NCBI GenBank assembly: GCA_032718475.1
Contig: JAUCBJ010007179.1
Span: 124,001-188,000 of the forward strand
Direction: 5' to 3'
Length of the DNA: 64,000 nt
Source: Nemertoderma westbladi
Taxonomy: Eukaryota > Animalia > Xenacoelomorpha
The position numbers and the translations under genes were made by a program. Positions 1 to 16,006 of this stretch are shown piece after piece. The notes beneath the pieces are model-generated. The model was not told the DNA's origin. It was given only the letters and a program-made list of their open reading frames with translations, and searched no databases. The stretch's first letter is position 1, and each line of letters starts with the position of its first letter.

Positions 1-76
1 CTAGAGTCGATTTATAAACCAAAAGACATATAAATTTTGGCAGGTTAAACTGCTAAAGGTCTTCAAAAGCGCGTAC

Positions 77-3000
77 AACATGTATTACTAAATAATAGAT
101 CGGAACATGTATTACTAAATAATAGATCGGAACATGTATTACTAAATAATAGATCGGAACATGTATTACTAAATAATAGATCGGAACATGTATTACTAAA
201 TAATAGATCGGAACATGTATTACTAAATAATAGATCGGAACATGTATTACTAAATAATAGATCGGAACATGTATTACTAAATAATAGATCGGAACATGTA
301 TTACTAAATAATAGATCGGAACATGGATTACTAAATAATAGATCGGAACATGTATTACTAAATAATAGATCGGAACATGTATTACTAAATAATAGATCGG
401 GACATGGATAACTAAATAATAGATCGGAACATGGATTACTAAATAATCATTATCGGAACATGTATTACTAAATAATAGATCGGAACATGTATTACTAAAT
501 AATAGATCGGGACATGGATAACTAAATAATAGATCGGAACATGTATTACTAAATAATAGATCGGAACATGTTTTACTAAATAATAGATCGGAACATGGAT
601 AACTAAATAATCATTATCGGAACATGTATTACTAAATAATAGATCGGGACATGGATAACTAAATAATAGATCGGAACATGGATTACTAAATAATCATTAT
701 CGGAACATGTATTACTAAATAATAGATCGGAACATGTATTACTAAATAATAGATCGGAACATGGATAACTAAATAATAGATCGGAACATGTATTACTAAA
801 TAATAGATCGGAACATGTTTTACTAAATAATAGATCGGAACATGGATAACTAAATAATCATTATCGGAACATGTATTACTAAATAATAGATCGGAACATG
901 TATTACTAAATAATAGATCGGAACATGGATTACTAAATAATAGATCGGAACATGTATTACTAAATAATAGATCGGAACATGTATTACTAAATAATCATTA
1001 TCGGAACATGTATTACTAAATAATAGATCGGAACATGTATTACTAAATAATAGATCGTAACATGGGTTTCTAAATAATAGATCGGAACATGTATTACTAA
1101 ATAATAGATCGGAACATGGATTACTAAATAATAGATCGGAACATGGATAACTAAATAATAGATTGGAACATGGATAACTAAATAATCATTATCGGAACAT
1201 GTATTACTAAATAATAGATCGGAACATGGATAACTAAATAATCATTATCGGAACATGTATTACTAAATAATAGATCGGAACATGGATTACTAAATAATAG
1301 ATCGGAACATGGATAACTAAATAATAGATTGGAACATGGATAACTAAATAATCATTATCGGAACATGGATTACTAAATAATAGATCGGAACATGGATTAC
1401 TAAATAATAGATCGGAACAGGGATTACTAAATAATAGATCGGAACATGTATTACTAAATAATAGATCGGAACATGGATTACTAAATAATAGATCGGAACA
1501 TGTATTACTAAATAATCATTATCGGAACATGTATTACTAAATAATAGATCGGAACATGTATAACTAAATAATCATTATCGGAACATGGATTACTAAATAA
1601 TAGATCGGAACATGGATTACTAAATAATAGATCGGAACAGGGATTACTAAATAATAGATCGGAACATGTATTACTAAATAATAGATCGGAACAGGGATTA
1701 CTAAATAATAGATCGGAACATGTATTACTAAATAATAGATCGGAACATGGATTACTAAATAATAGATCGGAACATGTATTACTAAATAATCATTATCGGA
1801 ACATGTATTACTAAATAATAGATCGGAACATGGATTACTAAATAATAGATCGGAACATGGATAACTAAATAATAGATTGGAACATGGATAACTAAATAAT
1901 CATTATCGGAACATGGATTACTAAATAATAGATCGGAACATGGATTACTAAATAATAGATCGGAACATGTATTACTAAATAATAGATCGGAACATGGATA
2001 ACTAAATAATAGATCGGAACATGGATTACTAAATAATCATTATCGGAACATGTATTACTAAATAATATATCGCTACATGTATTACTAAATAATAGATCGG
2101 AACATGTATTACTAAATAATAGATCGGAACATGTATTACTAAATAATAGATCGGAACATGTATTACTAAATAATAGATCGGGACATGGATAACTAAATAA
2201 TAGATCGGAACATGTATTACTAAATAATAGATCGGAACAGGGATTACTAAATAATAGATCGGAACATGTATTACTAAATAATCATTATCGGAACATGTAT
2301 TACTAAATAATAGATCGGAACATGTATTACTAAATAATAGATCGGAACATGTATTACTAAATAATAGATCGGAACATGTATTACTAAATAATAGATCGGA
2401 ACATGTATTACTTAATAATAGATCGGAACATGTATTACTAAATAATAGATCGGAACATGTATTACTAAATAATAGATCGGAACATGTATTACTAAATAAT
2501 AGATCGGAACATGTATTACTAAATAATAGATCGGAACATGTATTACTAAATAATAGATCGGAACATGGATTACTAAATAATAGATCGGAACATGTATTAC
2601 TAAATAATAGATCGGAACATGTATTACTAAATAATAGATCGGGACATGGATAACTAAATAATAGATCGGAACATGGATTACTAAATAATCATTATCGGAA
2701 CATGTATTACTAAATAATAGATCGGAACATGTATTACTAAATAATAGATCGGGACATGGATAACTAAATAATAGATCGGAACATGGATTACTAAATAATC
2801 ATTATCGGAACATGTATTACTAAATAATAGATCGGAACATGTATTACTAAATAATAGATCGGGACATGGATAACTAAATAATAGATCGGAACATGTATTA
2901 CTAAATAATAGATCGGAACATGTATTACTAAATAATAGATCGGAACATGTATTACTAAATAATAGATCGGAACATGTATTACTAAATAATAGATCGGAAC

Positions 3001-6000
3001 ATGGATTACTAAATAATAGATCGGAACATGTATTACTAAATAATAGATCGGAACATGGATTACTAAATAATAGATCGGAACATGTATTACTAAATAATCA
3101 TTATCGGAACATGTATTACTAAATAATAGATCGGAACATGGATTACTAAATAATAGATCGTAACATGGATAACTAAATAATAGATTGGAACATGGATAAC
3201 TAAATAATCATTATCGGAACATGTATTACTAAATAATAGATCGGAACATGTATTACTAAATAATAGATCGGGACATGGATAACTAAATAATAGATCGGAA
3301 CATGGATTACTAAATAATCATTATCGGAACATGTATTACTAAATAATAGATCGGAACATGGATTACTAAATAATAGATCGGAACATGTATTACTAAATAA
3401 TAGATCGGAACATGTATTACTAAATAATAGATCGGAACATGTATTACTAAATAATAGATCGGAACATGTATTACTAAATAATAGATCGGAACATGGATAA
3501 CTAAATAATCATTATCGGAACATGTATTACTAAATAATAGATCGGAACATGGATTACTAAATAATAGATCGGAACATGTATTTCTAAATAATAGATCGGA
3601 ACATGGATAACTAAATAATAGATCGGAACATGGATAACTAAATAATAGATCGGAACATGGATAACTAAATAATCATTATCGGAACATGTATTACTAAATA
3701 ATAGATCGGAACATGTATTACTAAATAATAGATCGGAACATGTATTACTAAATAATAGATCGGAACATGTATTACTAAATAATAGATCGGAACATGGATA
3801 ACTAAATAATCATTATCGGAACATGTATTACTAAATAATAGATCGGAACATGGATAACTAAATAATAGATCGGAACATGGATAACTAAATAATAGATCGG
3901 AACATGGATTACTAAATAATAGATCGGAACATGGATTACTAAATAATAGATCGGAACATGTATTACTAAATAATAGATCGGAACATGGATAACTAAATAA
4001 TAGATCGGAACATGGATTACTAAATAATAGATCGGAACATGGATAACTAAATAATCATTATCGGAACATGTATTACTAAATAATAGATCGGAACATGTAT
4101 TACTAAATAATAGATCGGAACATGGATAACTAAATAATAGATCGGAACATGTATTACTAAATAATAGATCGGAACAGGGATTACTAAATAATAGATCGGA
4201 ACATGGATAACTAAATAATCATTATCGGAACATGTATTACTAAATAATAGATCGGAACATGTATTACTAAATAATAGATCGGAACATGGATTACTAAATA
4301 ATAGATCGGAACATGGATAACTAAATAATAGATCGGAACATATATTACTAAATAATAGATCGGAACATGTATTACTAAATAATAGATCGGAACATGGATA
4401 ACTAAATAATAGATCGGAACATGTATTACTAAATAATAGATCGGAACAGGGATTACTAAATAATAGATCGGAACATGGATAACTAAATAATCATTATCGG
4501 AACATGTATTACTAAATAATAGATCGGAACAGGGATTACTAAATAATAGATCGGAACATGGATAACTAAATAATCATTATCGGAACATGTATTACTAAAT
4601 AATAGATCGGAACATGTAATACTAAATAATAGATCGGAACATGTATTACTAAATAATAGATCGGAACATGTATTACTAAATAATAGATCGGAACATGTAT
4701 TACTAAATAATAGATCGGAACATGTATTACTAAATAATAGATCGGGACATGGATAACTAAATAATAGATCGGAACATGGATAACTAAATAATCATTATCG
4801 GAACATGGATTACTAAATAATAGATCGGAACATGTATTACTAAATAATAGATCGTAACATGGGTTTCTAAATAATAGATCGGAACATGGATTACTAAATA
4901 ATAGATCGGAACATTTATTACTAAATAATAGATCGGGACATGGATAACTAAATAATAGATCGGAACATGTATTACTAAATAATAGATCGTAACATGGATT
5001 ACTAAATAATAGATCGGAACATTTATTACTAAATAATAGATCGGGACATGGATAACTAAATAATAGATCGGAACATGTATTACTAAATAATAGATCGGGA
5101 CATGGATAACTAAATAATAGATCGGAACATGGATAACTAAATAATAGATCGGAACATGTATTACTAAATAATAGATCGGAACATGGATAACTAAATAATA
5201 GATCGGAACATGGATTACTAAATAATCATTATCGGAACATGGATTACTAAATAATAGATCGGAACATGTATTACTAAATAATAGATCGGAACATGTATTA
5301 CTAAATAATAGATCGGGACATGGATAACTAAATAATAGATCGGAACATGCATTACTAAATAATAGATCGTAACATGGATTACTAAATAATAGATCGGAAC
5401 ATTTATTACTAAATAATAGATCGGGACATGGATAACTAAATAATAGATCGGAACATGTATTACTAAATAATAGATCGGGACATGGATAACTAAATAATAG
5501 ATCGGAACATGGATAACTAAATAATCATTATCGGAACATGGATTACTAAATAATAGATCGGAACATGTATTACTAAATAATAGATCGGAACATGTATTAC
5601 TAAATAATAGATCGGAACATGGATAACTAAATAATAGATCGGAACATGGATTACTAAATAATCATTATCGGAACATGGATTACTAAATAATAGATCGGAA
5701 CATGTATTACTAAATAATAGATCGGAACATGTATTACTAAATAATAGATCGGAACATGGATAACTAAATAATAGATCGGAACATGTATTACTAAATAATA
5801 GATCGGAACATGTATTACTAAATAATAGATCAGAACATGGATTACTAAATAATAGATCGGAACATGTATTACTAAATAATAGATCGGGACATGGATAACT
5901 AAATAATAGATCGGAACATGGATAACTAAATAATCATTATCGGAACATGGATTACTAAATAATAGATCGGAACATGTATTACTAAATAATAGATCGGAAC

Positions 6001-9000
6001 ATGTATTACTAAATAATAGATCGGAACATGGATTACTAAATAATAGATCGGAACATGGATAACTAAATAATAGATCGGAACATGGATTACTAAATAATCA
6101 TTATCGGAACATGTATTACTAAATAATAGATCGGAACATGTATCACTAAATAATAGATCGGAACATGTATTACTAAATAATAGATCGGGACATGGATAAC
6201 TAAATAATAGATCGGAACATGGATAACTAAATAATCATTATCGGAACATGTATTACTAAATAATAGATCGGAACATGTATTACTAAATAATAGATCGGAA
6301 CATGTATTACTAAATAATAGATCGGAACATGGATAACTAAATAATAGATCGGAACATGGATAACTAAATAATAGATCGGAACATGTATTACTAAATAATA
6401 GATCGGGACATGGATAACTAAATAATAGATCGGAACATGTATTACTAAATAATAGATCGGGACATGGATAACTAAATAATAGATCGGAACATGGATAACT
6501 AAATAATCATTTTCGGAACATGGATTACTAAATAATAGATCGGAACATGTATTACTAAATAATAGATCGGAACATGTATTACTAAATAATAGATCGGAAC
6601 ATGGATTACTAAATAATAGATCGGAACATGGATAACTAAATAATAGATCGGAACATGGATTACTAAATAATCATTATCGGAACATGTATTACTAAATAAT
6701 AGATCGGAACATGTATCACTAAATAATAGATCGGAACATGTATTACTAAATAATAGATCGGGACATGGATAACTAAATAATAGATCGGAACATGGATAAC
6801 TAAATAATCATTATCGGAACATGTATTACTAAATAATAGATCGGAACATGGATTACTAAATAATAGATCGGAACATGGATAACTAAATAATAGATCGGAA
6901 CATGGATTACTAAATAATCATTATCGGAACATGTATTACTAAATAATAGATCGGAACATGTATTACTAAATAATAGATCGGAACATGTATTACTAAATAA
7001 TAGATCGGAACATGTATTACTAAATAATCATTATCGGAACATGTATTACTAAATAATAGATCGGAACATGGATAACTAAATAATAGATCGGAACATGGAT
7101 TACTAAATAATAGATCGGAACATGTATTACTAAATAATAGATCGGAACAGGGATTACTAAATAATAGATCGGAACATGGATAACTAAATAATCATTATCG
7201 GAACATGTATTACTAAATAATAGATCGGAACATGTCTTACTAAATAATAGATCGGAACATGGATAACTAAATAATCATTATCGGAACATGTATTACTAAA
7301 TAATAGATCGGAACATGGATTACTAAATAATAGATCGGAACATGGATAACTAAATAATAGATCGGAACATGGATTACTAAATAATCATTATCGGAACATG
7401 TATTACTAAATAATAGATCGGAACATGTATTACTAAATAATAGATCGGAACATGTATTACTAAATAATAGATCGGAACATGTATTACTAAATAATCATTA
7501 TCGGAACATGTATTACTAAATAATAGATCGGAACATGGATAACTAAATAATAGATCGGAACATGGATTACTAAATAATAGATCGGAACATGTATTACTAA
7601 ATAATAGATCGGAACAGGGATTACTAAATAATAGATCGGAACATGGATAACTAAATAATCATTATCGGAACATGTATTACTAAATAATAGATCGGAACAT
7701 GTATTACTAAATAATAGATCGTAACATGGATTACTAAATAATAGATCGGAACATGGATAACTAAATAATAGATCGGAACATGGATAACTAAATAATCATT
7801 ATGGGAACATGTATTACTAAATAATAGATCGGAACATGGATAACTAAATAATAGATCGGAACATGGATAACTAAATAATAGATCGGAACATGGATAACTA
7901 AATAATAGATCGTAACATGGATTACTAAATAATAGATCGGAACATGGATAACTAAATAATAGATCGGAACATGTATTACTAAATAATAGATCGGAACATG
8001 TATTACTAAATAATAGATCGGAACATGGATTACTAAATAATAGATCGGAACATGTATTACTAAATAATAGATCGGAACATGTATTACTAAATAATATATC
8101 GCTACATGTATTACTAAATAATAGATCGGAACATGTATTACTAAATAATAGATCGTAACATGTATTACTATATAATATATCGCTACATGTATTACTAAAT
8201 AATATATCGCTACATGTATTACTAAATAATAGATCGGAACATGTATTACTAAATAATATATCGCTACATGTATTACTAAATAATAGATCGGAACATGTAT
8301 TACTAAATAATAGATCGTAACATGTATTACTAAATAATAGATCGGAACATGTATTACTAAATAATAGATCGTAACATGTATTACTAAATAATATATCGCT
8401 ACATGTATTACTAAATAATATATCGCTACATGTATTACTAAATAATAGATCGGAACATGGATTACTAAATAATAGATCGGAACATGGATAACTAAATAAT
8501 AGATCGGAACATGGATAACTAAATAATAGATCGGAACATGGATAACTAAATAATAGATCGGAACATGGATTACTAAATAATAGATCGGAACATGGATAAC
8601 TAAATAATAGATCGGAACATGGATAACTAAATAATAGATCGGAACATGTATTACTAAATAATAGATCGGAACATGGATAACTAAATAATATATCGGAACA
8701 TGGATAACTAAATAATCATTATCGGAACATGTATTACTAAATAATAGATCGGAACATGTATTACTAAATAATAGATCGTAACATGGATTACTAAATAATA
8801 GATCGGAACATGGATAACTAAATAATAGATCGGAACATGGATAACTAAATAATCATTATGGGAACATGTATTACTAATAATAGATCGGAACATGGATAAC
8901 TAAATAATAGATCGGAACATGGATTACTAAATAATAGATCGGAACATGGATTACTAAATAATAGATCGGAACATGGATAACTAAATAATAGATCGGAACC

Positions 9001-12000
9001 TGTATTACTAAATAATAGATCGGAACATGTATTACTAAATAATAGATCGGAACATGGATAACTAAATAATATATCGGAACATGGATAACTAAATAATCAT
9101 TATCGGAACATGGATTACTAAATAATAGATCAGAACATGTATTACTAAATAATAGATCGGAACATGGATAACTAAATAATAGATCGGAACATGGATAACT
9201 AAATAATAGATCGGAACATGGATAACTAAATAATAGATCGGAACATGGATAACTAAATAATCATTATCGGAACATGTATTACTAAATAATAGATCAGAAC
9301 ATGTATTACTAAATAATAGATCGGAACATGGATAACTAAATAATAGATCGGAACATGGATAACTAAATAATAGATCGGAACATGGATAACTAAATAATAG
9401 ATCGGAACCTGTATTACTAAATAATAGATCGGAACATGTATTACTAAATAATAGATCGGAACATGGATAACTAAATAATAGATCGGAACATGGATAACTA
9501 AATAATAGATCGGAACATGGATAACTAAATAATCATTATCGGAACATGTATTACTAAATAATAGATCGGAACATGGATTACTAAATAATAGATCGGAACA
9601 TGGATTACTAAATAATAGATCGGAACATGGATAACTAAATAATCATTATCGGAACATGTATTACTAAATAATAGATCGGAACATGGATTACTAAATAATA
9701 GATCGGAACATGGATAACTAAATAATAGATCGGAACCTGTATTACTAAATAATAGATTGGAACATGGATTACTAAATAATATATCGGAACATGTATTACT
9801 AAATAATAGTTCGGAACATGTATTACTAAATAATAAATCGGAACATGTATTACTAAATAATAGATCGGAACATGGATTACTAAATAATAGATCGGAACAT
9901 GGATTACTAAATAATAGATCGGAACATGTATTACTAAATAATAGATCGTAACATGCATTACTAAATAATAGATCGGAACATGGATTACTAAATAATAGAT
10001 CGGAACATGGATTACTAAATAATCGATCGGAACATGTATTACTAAATAATAGATCGGAACATGGATAACTAAATAATAGATCGGAACATGGATAACTAAA
10101 TAATAGATCGGAACATGGATAACTAAATAATAGATCGGAACATGGATAACTAAATAATCATTATCGGAACATGTATTACTAAATAATAGATCAGAACATG
10201 TATTACTAAATAATAGATCGGAACATGGATAACTAAATAATAGATCGGAACATGGATAACTAAATAATAGATCGGAACATGGATAACTAAATAATAGATC
10301 GGAACCTGTATTACTAAATAATAGATCGGAACATGTATTACTAAATAATAGATCGGAACATGGAAAACTAAATAATCATTATCGGAACATGTATTACTAA
10401 ATAATAGATCGGAACATGGATTACTAAATAATAGATCGGAACATGGATTACTAAATAATAGATCGGAACATGGATAACTAAATAATCATTATCGGAACAT
10501 GGATTACTAAATAATAGATCAGAACATGTATTACTAAATAATAGATCGGAACATGGATAACTAAATAATAGATCGGAACATGGATAACTAAATAATAGAT
10601 CGGAACATGGATAACTAAATAATAGATCGGAACATGGATAACTAAATAATCATTATCGGAACATGTATTACTAAATAATAGATCAGAACATGTATTACTA
10701 AATAATAGATCGGAACATGGATAACTAAATAATAGATCGGAACATGGATAACTAAATAATAGATCGGAACATGGATAACTAAATAATAGATCGGAACCTG
10801 TATTACTAAATAATAGATCGGAACATGTATTACTAAATAATAGATCGGAACATGGATAACTAAATAATAGATCGGAACATGGATAACTAAATAATCATTA
10901 TCGGAACATGTATTACTAAATAATAGATCGGAACATGGATTACTAAATAATAGATAGGAACATGGATTACTAAATAATAGATCGGAACATGGATAACTAA
11001 ATAATCATTATCGGAACATGTATTACTAAATAATAGATCGGAACATGGATTACTAAATAATAGATCGGAACATGGATAACTAAATAATCATTATCGGAAC
11101 ATGTATTACTAAATAATAGATCGGAACATGGATAACTAAATAATAGATCGGAACCTGTATTACTAAATAATAGATTGGAACATGGATTACTAAATAATAT
11201 ATCGGAACATGTATTACTAAATAATAGTTCGGAACATGTATTACTAAATAATAGATCGGAACATGTATTACTAAATAATAGATCGGAACATGTATTACTA
11301 AATAATAGATCGGAACATGTATTAATAAATAATAGATCGGAACATGTATTACTAAATAATAGATCGGAACATGGATTACTAAATAATAGATCGGAACATG
11401 GATTACTAAATAATAGATCGGAACATGTATTACTAAATAATAGATCGGAACATGGATTACTAAATAATAGATCGGAACATGGATTACTAAATAATAGATC
11501 GGAACATGTATTACTAAATAATAGATCGGAACATGGATTACTAAATAATAGATCGGAACATGGATTACTAAATAATCGATCGGAACATGTATTACTAAAT
11601 AATAGATCGGAACATGGATAACTAAATAATCATTATCGGAACATGTATTACTAAATAATAGATCGGAACATGTATTACTAAATAATAGATCGGAACATGT
11701 ATTACTAAATAATAGATCGGAACATGGATTACTAAATAATAGATCGGAACATGTATTACTAAATAATAGATCGGAACATGTATTACTAAATAATCATTAT
11801 CGGAACATGTATTACTAAATAATCATTATCGGAACATGTATTACTAAATAATAGATCGGAACATGTATTACTAAATAATCATTATCGGAACATGTATTAC
11901 TAAATAATAGATCGGAACATGGATAACTAAATAATAGATCGGAACATGTATTACTAAATAATAGATCGGAACATGGATAACTAAATAATCATTATCGGAA

Positions 12001-15000
12001 CATGTATTACTAAATAATAGATCGGAACATGTATTACTAAATAATAGATCGGAACATGTATTACTAAATAATAGATCGGAACATGGATTACTAAATAATA
12101 GATCGGAACATGTATTACTAAATAATAGATCGGAACATGTATTACTAAATAATCATTATCGGAACATGTATTACTAAATAATAGATCGGAACATGTATTA
12201 CTAAATAATCATTATCGGAACATGTATTACTAAATAATAGATCGGAACATGGATAACTAAATAATAGATCGGAACATGTATTACTAAATAATAGATCGGA
12301 ACATGTATTACTAAATAATCATTATCGGAACATGTATTACTAAATAATAGATCGGAACATGTATTACTAAATAATCATTATCGGAACATGTATTACTAAA
12401 TAATAGATCGGAACATGGATAACTAAATAATAGATCGGAACATGTATTACTAAATAATAGATCGGAACATGTATTACTAAATAATAGATCGGAACATGTA
12501 TTACTAAATAATAGATCGGAACATGTATTACTAAATAATCATTATCGGAACATGGATTACTAAATAATTGATCGGAACAGGGATTACTAAATAATAGATC
12601 GGAACATGGATAACTAAATAATCATTATCGGAACATGTATTACTAAATAATAGATCGGAACATGGATTACTAAATAATAGATCGGAACATGGATAACTAA
12701 ATAATAGATTGGAACATGGATTACTAAATAATAGATCGGAACATGTATTACTAAATAATAGATCGGAACATGTATTACTAAATAATAGATCGGAACATGT
12801 ATTACTAAATAATAGATCGGAACATGTATTACTAAATAATAGATCGGAACATGGATTAATAATAGATCGGAACATGGATAACTAAATAATAGATCGGAAC
12901 ATGTATTACTAAATAATAGATCGGAACATGTATTACTAAAAAATAGATCGGAACATGTATTACTAAATAATAGATCGGAACATGTATTACTAAATAATCA
13001 TTATCGGAACATGTATTACTAAATAATAGTTCGGAACATGGATTACTAAATAATAGATCGGAACATGGATTACTAAATAATAGATCGGAACATGGATAAC
13101 TAAATAATCATTATCGGAACATGTATTACTAAATAATAGATCGGAACATGGATTACTAAATAATAGATCGGAACATGTATTACTAAATAATAGATCGGAA
13201 CATGGATAACTAAATAATAGATCGGAACATGGATTACTAAATAATAGATCGGAACATGGATTACTAAATAATAGATCGGAACATGGATAACTAAATAATC
13301 ATTATCGGAACATGTATTACTAAATAATAGATCGGAACATGTATTACTAAATAATAGATCGGAACATGTATTACTAAATAATAGATCGGAACATGGATTA
13401 CTAAATAATAGATCGGAACATGGATTACTAATTAATAGATCGGAACATGGATAAATAAATAATCATTATCGGAACATGGATAACTAAATAATAGATCGGA
13501 ACATGGATAACTAAATAATCATTATCGGAACATGTATTACTAAATAATAGATCGGAACATGTATTACTAAATAATAGATCGTAACATGGATTACTAAATA
13601 ATAGATCGGAACATGGATAACTAAATAATAGATCGGAACATGGATAACTAAATAATCATTATGGGAACATGTATTACTAATAATAGATCGGAACATGGAT
13701 AACTAAATAATAGATCGGAACATGGATTACTAAATAATAGATCGGAACATGGATTACTAAATAATAGATCGGAACATGGATAACTAAATAATAGATCGGA
13801 ACCTGTATTACTAAATAATAGATCGGAACATGTATTACTAAATAATAGATCGGAACATGGATAACTAAATAATAGATCGGAACATGGATAACTAAATAAT
13901 CATTATCGGAACATGGATTACTAAATAATAGATCAGAACATGTATTACTAAATAATAGATCGGAACATGGATAACTAAATAATAGATCGGAACATGGATA
14001 ACTAAATAATAGATCGGAACATGGATAACTAAATAATAGATCGGAACATGGATAACTAAATAATCATTATCGGAACATGTATTACTAAATAATAGATCAG
14101 AACATGTATTACTAAATAATAGATCGGAACATGGATAACTAAATAATAGATCGGAACATGGATAACTAAATAATAGATCGGAACCTGTATTACTAAATAA
14201 TAGTTCGGAACATGTATTACTAAATAATAGATCGGAACATGGATAACTAAATAATAGATCGGAACATGGATAACTAAATAATCATTATCGGAACATGTAT
14301 TACTAAATAATAGATCGGAACATGGATTACTAAATAATAGATCGGAACATGGATTACTAAATAATAGATCGGAACATGGATAACTAAATAATCATTATCG
14401 GAACATGTATTACTAAATAATAGATCGGAACATGGATTACTAAATAATAGATCGGAACATGGATAACTAAATAATCATTATCGGAACATGTATTACTAAA
14501 TAATAGATCGGAACATGGATAACTAAATAATAGATCGGAACCTGTATTACTAAATAATAGATTGGAACATGGATTACTAAATAATATATCGGAACATGTA
14601 TTACTAAATAATAGTTCGGAACATGTATTACTTAATAATAAATCGGAACATGTATTACTAAATAATAGATCGGAACATGGATTACTAAATAATAGATCGG
14701 AACATGTATTACTAAATAATAGATCGGAACATGTATTACTAAATAATAGATCGGAACATGGATAACTAAATAATAGATCGGAACATGGAATACTAAATAA
14801 TAGATCGGAACATGGATAACTAAATAATCATTATCGGAACATGTATTACTAAATAATAGATCGGAACATGTATTACTAAATAATAGATTGGAACATGGAT
14901 AACTAAATAATCATTATCGGAACATGGATAACTAAATAATCATTATCGGAACATGTATTACTAAATAATAGATCGGAACATGTATTACTAAATAATAGAT

Positions 15001-15354
15001 CGGAACATGTATTACTAAATAATAGATCGGGACATGTATTACTAAATAATAGATCGGAACATGGACTACTAAATAATAGATCGGAACATGTATTACTAAA
15101 TATTAGATCGGAACATGTATTACTAAATAATAGATCGGAACATGTATTACTAAATAATAGATCGGAACATGTATTACTAAACAATAGATCGTAACATGTA
15201 TCACTAAATAATAGATCGGAACATGTATTACTAAATAATAGATCGGAACATGTATTACTAAATAATACATCGGAACATGTATTACTAAATAATAGATCGG
15301 AACATGGATTACTAAATAATAGATCGGAACATGTATTACTAAATAATAGATCGG
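77..15354. repeat. 27-bp tandem satellite, left domain (GGATAAC and 29-bp CATTATCGG variants common)
   Basis: Continuous head-to-tail ACTAAATAATAGATCGGAACATGTATT. The 9-aa periodicity of the ORF-track peptides confirms the 27-bp period. Confidence 0.99.
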
Positions 15355-15892
15355 TGTTAGCTTATTCAATCCCGCCAACACCCCATAAAGTTATTAGCCG
15401 ATAAGCAATATTGGGAGCCACGAGATTGGGCAATTAACCAACTCGTGCCATCCCAATAAGAGTGGGAAGGAGGCACACAATAGAGGGTCAGGGGCCAAAC
15501 CCCTAACCCAAGGAGAACAGGTGGAGTGAACGGGAATACTCCACGGGGCGCCAACAAGGGTATTAACCAATCAGAGGGGGGAATGGCATCGATTGAGTAG
15601 CAGTAAGGCCACCGTGCAATATAACCAATAACCTATTAATCAGTGATTCAGTTATCTCAGTGCAGCAGTGCTAGCGTAGGGTACAGCCAATTAGTTTAGT
15701 TAGGGGATCACGGGACTTTAGTTACCGTATCCCGCCTACCGTATAATTCACAATATATCTATATCCTATAACCTATTATTATACACCGAACTTCAGAACT
15801 CAGTTATCTTTATTTCACTCTTATACACGGCGGGGACGCGTGGACTAAATACCACATCGGATAAATCGGGATCCCTCCTGGATCCCGTCACA
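15355..15892 (+). repeat. 5' LTR
   Basis: TGTTAGCTT...CCCGTCACA. No differences from the 3' LTR seen by eye. 8-bp-stem hairpin CGGGATCC-CTCCT-GGATCCCG at 15867-15887. Confidence 0.97.
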
Positions 15893-16006
15893 GTAACTAA
15901 ATGGGTGTTGCTTCCCCAGCTAAACTCAGTAACTAAACCGAGCTGCCGCCCTAGTTAAACTCTAAGAACTGCAACCTAGCTAGCCGAATCATCAGCCACA
16001 AACGAG

